NCBI GenBank assembly: GCA_965218435.1
Contig: CBDCKW010000009.1
Location: forward strand, 2,400,001-2,464,000
Length of the DNA: 64,000 bases
Origin: Truepera sp.
GTDB taxonomy: Bacteria > Deinococcota > Deinococci > Deinococcales > Trueperaceae
Reading direction: 5' to 3'
Positions 58,149 through 64,000 of the stretch are shown here, one piece after another (within the stretch, counting starts at the first letter, position 1; every line of letters begins with the position of its first letter). The notes beneath the pieces are model-generated. The model was not told the origin of the DNA. It worked only from the letters and a program-made list of their open reading frames with translations, and did no database searches. The translations under genes were made by a program, and so were the position numbers.

Positions 58149-59867
58149 GTGTTAGACGGCAAGTACGAGATCACTTCAGAGCGGGAGTTGGGCGAGCGCG
58201 TTACACGTTTTGGCGCGACGGCTCCAGACGGTACGGCCTTGACGATCAGCTGGTACGAGCTCGAGACGCCCGCAGACGAACACGCCTTCGAGCAGTACCG
58301 GACCCTGTTACGGCAACTCAGGCGCAGGGGACACGCCGCAATTTTCGACCTCGTTTCACGTCCGGGAGCCCACTACGTCGCGTGGCGGCTGCCGGGAGAC
58401 GTGGGCGCGTTGCCGGTGGCGACCGGCGCTGAGCTGGGCGCTATCGAAGAGATCTTAAGCGCCTACGCGCACACTCTAACTGAAGCGTCTATCTACGCGC
58501 CGCCGGATGCGCCCCCGCAGGTCTATGCGCTCGAGTTTGCCGCTCTACCGAAAACGACCTTGCCTCTGGGCCAGGCCACGCCGGTCTTACCGCAAGAGCT
58601 CAAAAAACCTCACCGGGCAACCCCGGCCGCAGCCGTGTGGACAGCGGTTCGCCCGTGGTCACTGGCAGGCGTTTTGGGGCTTTTAGGGATTTTCTTGGTG
58701 TCGCTCAGTCTGAACAGGCTGTTGCAGGGCGAGCTGGTCAGTGTTCCTGACGTGCAGGGGCAAGATGTCAACGCTGCCCTCACCAAGCTTTACGACGCAG
58801 GCTTTCGGAGCGTCGCGGTCCCCCTGACCTCGCCCCGTCCGGCTGGGGTGGTGCTCGAGGTACGCCCGGAAGCCGGTACACCGCTCCGTCCGGGCCGGAC
58901 CCTCAGCGTCCGCTACGCGCTACCTGTCGGTAGTGCGCCGGAGGCGTCGCCTAACGTCGTCGGTCAACCTCTAGCCCAAGCCGAGGCCGACCTGGAACGG
59001 GCCGGATTTCTTGTCAGCGAGCTGGCGCGTAGCTACAGCCCGTTACCGCGTGGGACGGTGATCGCCCAAAGCCCGGACGCTGCGACGCCCGCCGCGCGCG
59101 GGGAGCACTTTGCGCTGCTCGTTAGTGACGGGCCGCTGGGTGAGCTGACCTTTTTACCCGACCTCACCGGCTTGTCGCAAGAGGACGCGTTAGGGCTTGC
59201 GGAGGCTGCCGGGTTTGCCCGTAGCGAGGTCAAGCTCGAGCGCACCCCCGGTAACGGCACCCCAGCTGGAACGGTGTTAGCCCAAAACATCGCACCTTAT
59301 ATCAGCGTGCCGCTTCAGGGTGCTCAGTTGCGGCTGGTACTGACGGCTCCCGGTGGGGCGGCGCTTCCCGGTGAAAGCGGCCCCAATGAGAGCGGCACCC
59401 CCGACTTCACCGGGTTAGACCTGGGAACGGCGCAGCGGCAGGCAAGGGCACTCGGCCTCAGCGTCGTCGCCGAAGCTCAGGTCAGTGCGCCGGAGTTGCC
59501 TACGGGCGTGGTGTTGCAGCGCCCGGAACCGGGTGCGCCGCTGCAGGAAAACGTCCGGGTAACGCTCAACCGAGCGCCGCTGAGCGTCCCCATCCCTGAG
59601 GTGTCGGTCAACGTTATACCGGCCGCCGGGGCCGGGTCGGTACGCCGCGCCCGCTACGTCTGGCAGCTCGGGCAAGACGCCGGTGGACGCCTTGCCACCG
59701 TTACGGTGACCCTCGCCGACGGCACCCAAGAAACGGTGACGCGGGGGCAGCTCGTTACAGCCAACGAGCGGTTGGGGGGTACCTACTTAACAACCGCTAC
59801 CGGCCCGCTGGTCTTTACGCTGACGCTTGACGCTCAGCCCTACGGCGCACCGGTCACCGTCCCCTAA
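58149..59867 (+). CDS. Membrane-anchored PASTA-domain protein with degenerate kinase-like N-terminus
   Basis: One TM segment then repeated VPDV.G / PNVVG / LPDLTG / PDFTG PASTA units. Confidence 0.75.
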   Translation: MLDGKYEITSERELGERVTRFGATAPDGTALTISWYELETPADEHAFEQYRTLLRQLRRRGHAAIFDLVSRPGAHYVAWRLPGDVGALPVATGAELGAIEEILSAYAHTLTEASIYAPPDAPPQVYALEFAALPKTTLPLGQATPVLPQELKKPHRATPAAAVWTAVRPWSLAGVLGLLGIFLVSLSLNRLLQGELVSVPDVQGQDVNAALTKLYDAGFRSVAVPLTSPRPAGVVLEVRPEAGTPLRPGRTLSVRYALPVGSAPEASPNVVGQPLAQAEADLERAGFLVSELARSYSPLPRGTVIAQSPDAATPAARGEHFALLVSDGPLGELTFLPDLTGLSQEDALGLAEAAGFARSEVKLERTPGNGTPAGTVLAQNIAPYISVPLQGAQLRLVLTAPGGAALPGESGPNESGTPDFTGLDLGTAQRQARALGLSVVAEAQVSAPELPTGVVLQRPEPGAPLQENVRVTLNRAPLSVPIPEVSVNVIPAAGAGSVRRARYVWQLGQDAGGRLATVTVTLADGTQETVTRGQLVTANERLGGTYLTTATGPLVFTLTLDAQPYGAPVTVP

Positions 59868-60018
59868 CGCTGAGTTAGCCTTTGCTTATGCCACCATATT
59901 TTAGAGACGTAAGAGAAGCCGTGTTCGTCAGCAAGCCAGTGACTACCGAATTCTGACTACTGCCTTCTGACTTCTTCTCTATACCGTCAACGCCGCCAGC
60001 TGAGTTAACACTTAGCAG

Positions 60019-62307
60019 CTAAGGCACCGGCGCACCAGCGAGCGCCCACCGCGCGTAAAGTTCGGCAAAGGCCCCGTCGGTATTGGCACCTTGCAAGATA
60101 AAGCTTAAAAAGTCCCGTACGTCTTGCGCGTTACTCGAGCCAAATAGCGCTGCGCCGTCATCCCCGGCAAACCGTCCGCTAGAGACGACCGGCAGCGTTT
60201 CAGCAGCTTGAGAGGTCGCACGTGAAAGCTCACCGAGCAGCGCCCCCAGCAGCGCATCGTTCCCTGTCGTCCCCGAATAGAGCAACTGCCCGGTTTGCAG
60301 GCTGCGGAGCGTCACCCCACGGCCGATAAGCTGCCGTGCCAGCGGCGCAGGCAGGGCCGAAACAGTGACCGGCAGGCTCGTTTTCGCCGTGCGGCCCCGT
60401 GCACGCGCCGACACCTCGAGCGTGTACCGCCCCGGCTTGAGGCTCCGCGGTAAGCCCAGCGCAGCGTCGGTGACCTCGAGGGCGACCGTATTCGGCGGTA
60501 AGGGTGTCCGCTTAGTTGTCGAAGACGCGCCGACGACGCTGCCGCTCCCGTCAGTCAGGCGGAGCGAAATCTGCAGCGGCGTCGGGAGCGCGTCTCCCGG
60601 CGTCGAGAGTTCAAACTGCGTGTAAAGCAGGTCACCCGGAAGATAGGCGGGTACGGCCTGCACCTCTGCGCCGACCCCGGCTTGTAAGCCCGGCGTAAAC
60701 CGTAAAGGCGGCGCAGGAGCCCGGAGCGCCGCCACCCGCGCCGCAGCGTCGGCGACGAGCGGCCCCCGCCCCTGTTCCGTAAAGCGCCCGAACTGCGCCG
60801 CAGCCGCTCCGGGCCGACCGCTTGCCTCGAGCAGCGTTCCCAAAAGATAGCGAAGGTCGGGCACGTCGGGATACCGTTTTAAGGCCCCACGCAGATCGTC
60901 CGTTGCCGCCGGATCGAGCTGATCGTCGTCTTGTAAATCGAGTTCGGTGGCGTGCGCGTAGGTACCTAACGCCAACCCGGAGCGGCCCAAAAGCACCTGG
61001 ACGAGCCCGAGGTTGTAGAGTGCAATCGTCTCGTCCGGGCTCAGCGCCAGCGCCTTTTGTGAGGCGGTTTCACTCGCGCCAAGTGCGCCCAGCAGGTAGT
61101 ACGCCCAACCCAAATTGGTCCAGTAAAGGTCACTTTCAGGCTCGAGCCGGGTTGCGGTGCGAAGGGCCGTAGCCGCCGCCTCTGGATCGTCCCGGTCAAA
61201 CGCAAGCTGGGACAGCCGTTCGTAAGCGTAGGCAAAAGTTGGAGCCAGCTCGGTCAGACGCGTGGCGAGGGTCTGCTCGAGGCCCCCATCTTTTAGCCCT
61301 TGCGCCAAAAAGAGCCCGCTCACATAGACGCTGAGCGTACCCGGGTACTGTCGCACAAGAGCCTGCAGGTCAGCTTTAAGAGCGGCGGCGTCCGTTTGAT
61401 CGAGTTGGTAGAGCAGTGCCTGAGCTGCAGCAAAAGGGTACTGGCCCTCTGCTGCAGCAAACTTCTGGCGGGCCTGCGCAGCGTCCCCGGCTTGCGCGGC
61501 GAGAAGAGCCCGCCAGAGCGTCGTTAGGGGTAAGTTGCGTGCAGAGAAGGCTCGAGCCACCTCCGTGTCGTCAAAAGGTTGCGTATTGAGCGCGACCACC
61601 GCCGCCAGGAGAGGATAACGCGTCAGGGCCGTTCCCGGCTGCGCCGACAAGAGCTGAGTTACGGCCTCGGCGCGGCGCGTCCAACGTGGTTCGGCGCTGA
61701 GGGCGGCCCCGGCGCGGCGCAGGAGCGGCGCAGCCTGGGCCGGAAAACCGCTGCCGAGGTCAATTAAGCCGTCAATAAAGGTGCTGTAGGGCGACGACAG
61801 GTCAATTCCGGTGCGGGCGTCCGGGTTTGGCGTCAGACCGGTAAGGCTGAGTACCCGCTGCGCCTGCACCACCAAACGTTCGGGAAACGCTTCGGGTGCG
61901 CTGAAGACGAAACTGCGCGTCCCTTCCGGCCGCGCAACGAACAGCGTCAGCTCGAGCCCCTCCCCTTTCAGCTCGACCCGTCCGGTCACCGCTGTCGGCA
62001 CGGCGAGCGCCTCACGCAAAAAAGCTGCCGCGAAACGGCTCCCGGTGCCTTCATCCCCCAACAAGTTTAAGGGGCTTACGAAGGTGGCTTCTTGCAACAA
62101 GAGCGGCGGCACGAGCCCGAGCGCAAGTTCCGGCGGGATGCTCGCGTCTTGAAACGCGTAGGTCAGGCGTTCAGCCACCGCAAAACCGAGGCGCGGTTCG
62201 CTGCTGACAAAGGGAAACACCGCCAGCTGTGGACCGGTAGCGCCCTGTGCCGAGGCCAAACTGCCCCAAAAAAGCGTGATAAAAACCAAAAACTTAAGTG
62301 GCTTCAC
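60019..62307 (-). CDS. Exported tetratricopeptide repeat protein
   Basis: Signal peptide; TPR motifs YWTNLGWAYY and ALYNLG. Confidence 0.75.
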   Translation of the reverse strand: MKPLKFLVFITLFWGSLASAQGATGPQLAVFPFVSSEPRLGFAVAERLTYAFQDASIPPELALGLVPPLLLQEATFVSPLNLLGDEGTGSRFAAAFLREALAVPTAVTGRVELKGEGLELTLFVARPEGTRSFVFSAPEAFPERLVVQAQRVLSLTGLTPNPDARTGIDLSSPYSTFIDGLIDLGSGFPAQAAPLLRRAGAALSAEPRWTRRAEAVTQLLSAQPGTALTRYPLLAAVVALNTQPFDDTEVARAFSARNLPLTTLWRALLAAQAGDAAQARQKFAAAEGQYPFAAAQALLYQLDQTDAAALKADLQALVRQYPGTLSVYVSGLFLAQGLKDGGLEQTLATRLTELAPTFAYAYERLSQLAFDRDDPEAAATALRTATRLEPESDLYWTNLGWAYYLLGALGASETASQKALALSPDETIALYNLGLVQVLLGRSGLALGTYAHATELDLQDDDQLDPAATDDLRGALKRYPDVPDLRYLLGTLLEASGRPGAAAAQFGRFTEQGRGPLVADAAARVAALRAPAPPLRFTPGLQAGVGAEVQAVPAYLPGDLLYTQFELSTPGDALPTPLQISLRLTDGSGSVVGASSTTKRTPLPPNTVALEVTDAALGLPRSLKPGRYTLEVSARARGRTAKTSLPVTVSALPAPLARQLIGRGVTLRSLQTGQLLYSGTTGNDALLGALLGELSRATSQAAETLPVVSSGRFAGDDGAALFGSSNAQDVRDFLSFILQGANTDGAFAELYARWALAGAPVP

Positions 62308-62762
62308 TCGAGTAACCCCTCGAGTTCGTCTAATATCGTCTCGGCGTCGCTCTCGCTGCGCGTGACGATCATGATGGTGTTTTGCCCCGCCAGACTCCCG
62401 ACGATTTCGTCGCGCTCGAGCTTATCGATCACATACGCGATACCGGTCGCGTGCCCTTCGTCGGTATTAACCACTAAGATATTTTCGCCCCGGTCGATGT
62501 CCCGGACAAACAGCCGAAACCGCTGTTTCAGCTCGCCCATCACGTCTTCTTGGGCAGCCAGCGGCGTCGAGCGGTAGCGGTGCTGACCTTCACCAGCCGG
62601 AAGCCGGACGAGCCGGAGTTCATTGACGTCGCGGCTGATCGTCGCCTGCGTCACTCGGACGCCACGGGCGGCTAGATGGTCGGCGAGTTCGGATTGCGTT
62701 GAGATAAACTCGTTTTCAACCAACTCTTCGATAAGCCTTTGTCTATACTCTTTACTCGGCAT
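62304..62762 (-). CDS. argR: Arginine repressor
   Basis: TQSEL, VTQATISRD and VGSLAG..T motifs. Confidence 0.95.
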   Translation of the reverse strand: MPSKEYRQRLIEELVENEFISTQSELADHLAARGVRVTQATISRDVNELRLVRLPAGEGQHRYRSTPLAAQEDVMGELKQRFRLFVRDIDRGENILVVNTDEGHATGIAYVIDKLERDEIVGSLAGQNTIMIVTRSESDAETILDELEGLLE

Positions 62763-62773
62763 AATTATTCATT
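62756..62773 (-). promoter_or_regulatory. ARG box overlapping the argR -10 and start codon
   Basis: AATGAATAATTATGCCGA next to a perfect TATAAT. Confidence 0.6.
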
Positions 62774-63064
62774 ATACCAGGTTTGCTTTACAGCTTGCGA
62801 GCAGCGGCTCAGCTCGGTTCAGACGCTACAAATCTTTATCAGCATGTGATGGATGGGCGTAGGGGTAAGGTACGCTGAACGCGCTTAAACGCCGTATAAA
62901 CAACGCCGTATAAACGCTGGTATCGCTTCCAGCTTTTGTGAAATCTGGCGACCTTCCAGAAGAGACCAACTCGTTGCTAAGTCTTAAACAAAGACTTACC
63001 CGGGCGTTACCATAACTTGCGCCTGCCCTGCGCCCTTGCAGTACTCAGCTACTAGGAGGCTACC

Positions 63065-63142
63065 GTGTTAGAGGACGCTAGAGCTTTTTGCCCACAGGCA
63101 AAGGTTTTTGACTTGACCTTGAACATGAAGCCGCGCCCATAG
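63065..63142 (+). CDS. Possible 25-aa small ORF
   Basis: AGGAGG SD 5 nt before GTG; MLEDARAFCPQAKVFDLTLNMKPRP. Confidence 0.35.
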   Translation: MLEDARAFCPQAKVFDLTLNMKPRP

Positions 63143-63214
63143 GTCTGGCCAAGCGCGGATTCATGGTGACGTTACGCCTTTTTTATCGTGAACTACTTAC
63201 GAGGCGACTCAAGG

Positions 63215-64000
63215 TCAAGCCTCACCCATCATCAGGCCCTCGATCGTATGGCCTTGTTTAATAGGCTCGAGTTCATCAACCAGGCGACAGGTGAGGTGCT
63301 GACGCACGCTTTCGGGCAGCGTGTCGAAGTACGCTCTCGTAAGCTGCAGGTCGTGGCGCTCAGCGTTGTTCGCTCCGGGCGCGTCAACCCCGAGGACGAG
63401 TACCGGGCGGGGCTTGTTCGAGCGGTTGGCCGTGCCGCGGTGAATCGTCAGCGCCGAACGCACCGAAATATCGCCCATCTGCGGCATTTTCCGCTGTGCC
63501 CGTTCCTCGTACCGCTCATATAGTGACCGCGGCGGGAACATCTCGTGCTCGAAGCCTTCGGGTGTGTCCCACTGCGTGCCGGGGGCGACGACAAACGGTC
63601 CCATGTCCTCGAAAACGTCTACGGTAGTCACATTAAACGCCAGCGAGTTGAGCCGTCGGCCCTGCAGCGTGTCTTCCGGAGCTGGGAAGTCGCGGTGCCA
63701 CGGTTGGTCAACGGCACCGGGATTGGGTACGTCGAAGCCGATCTCGACAATCTTGTATTCTGGACCCAGCACCGCCTCGCACACTGCCGTGACCCAAGGG
63801 TGTGTTACAAGCTCGAGAAAGCCGCGAATGTCCTCAGGATGGATTTCTACATAGTGGCGCTTGGGGCCTCGGCCAACCGCGCCGCCGGGACGCTCGAGCG
63901 CAACTCGGTACAGCTCTTTGATATCTTCCCCCAAGGCTTCTACCCAGCTGCGGCTAAAAGCGCTCTTATAGCCGATAATGCCGTCTCCGTAAAGACCTCC
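63215..64000 (-). CDS. PhyH-family Fe(II)/2OG dioxygenase, 5' end outside window
   Basis: QPWHRD (HxD) and HRGTAN.S..PR motifs; frame open to the window end. Confidence 0.85.
   Translation of the reverse strand, partial: GGLYGDGIIGYKSAFSRSWVEALGEDIKELYRVALERPGGAVGRGPKRHYVEIHPEDIRGFLELVTHPWVTAVCEAVLGPEYKIVEIGFDVPNPGAVDQPWHRDFPAPEDTLQGRRLNSLAFNVTTVDVFEDMGPFVVAPGTQWDTPEGFEHEMFPPRSLYERYEERAQRKMPQMGDISVRSALTIHRGTANRSNKPRPVLVLGVDAPGANNAERHDLQLTRAYFDTLPESVRQHLTCRLVDELEPIKQGHTIEGLMMGEA

Noticed and set aside
1..64000. CRISPR array, tRNA or rRNA
   Set aside because: I saw no regularly spaced repeats, cloverleaf or rRNA signatures, and the Cas4-like gene has no cas neighbours

Overview
64 kb of bacterial chromosome, roughly 55-58% GC by eye. 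It is most likely Deinococcota, probably Trueperaceae-like. This is inferred from the Deinococcus-type nurA-herA pair, short ftsY, rex, mqnB and many leaderless -10/start-codon arrangements. Housekeeping genes (clpC end, radA, rplM-rpsI, uppP, gltX-ftsY, mqnB, rqcH, hepT, rex, rlmN, glgC, ftsH, argR) alternate with small accessory patches. These patches hold an IS5-family element, an IS110 remnant, a Cas4-like PD-(D/E)XK nuclease, an AT-rich DUF262 + HEPN two-gene putative defence module, several intact, orphan or broken toxin-antitoxin genes and several pseudogenes. I found no rRNA, tRNA or CRISPR array. The strongest unexplained signal is window-wide over-representation of the palindrome CTCGAG: about 155 copies by hand count against about 20 expected from base composition, resembling a HIP1-like iterated palindrome. 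The clearest local novelty is a 20-aa leader peptide plus an SD/start-codon-sequestering hairpin upstream of a SAM methyltransferase, a candidate translational attenuator. All family calls come from motif recognition by eye, not database searches.
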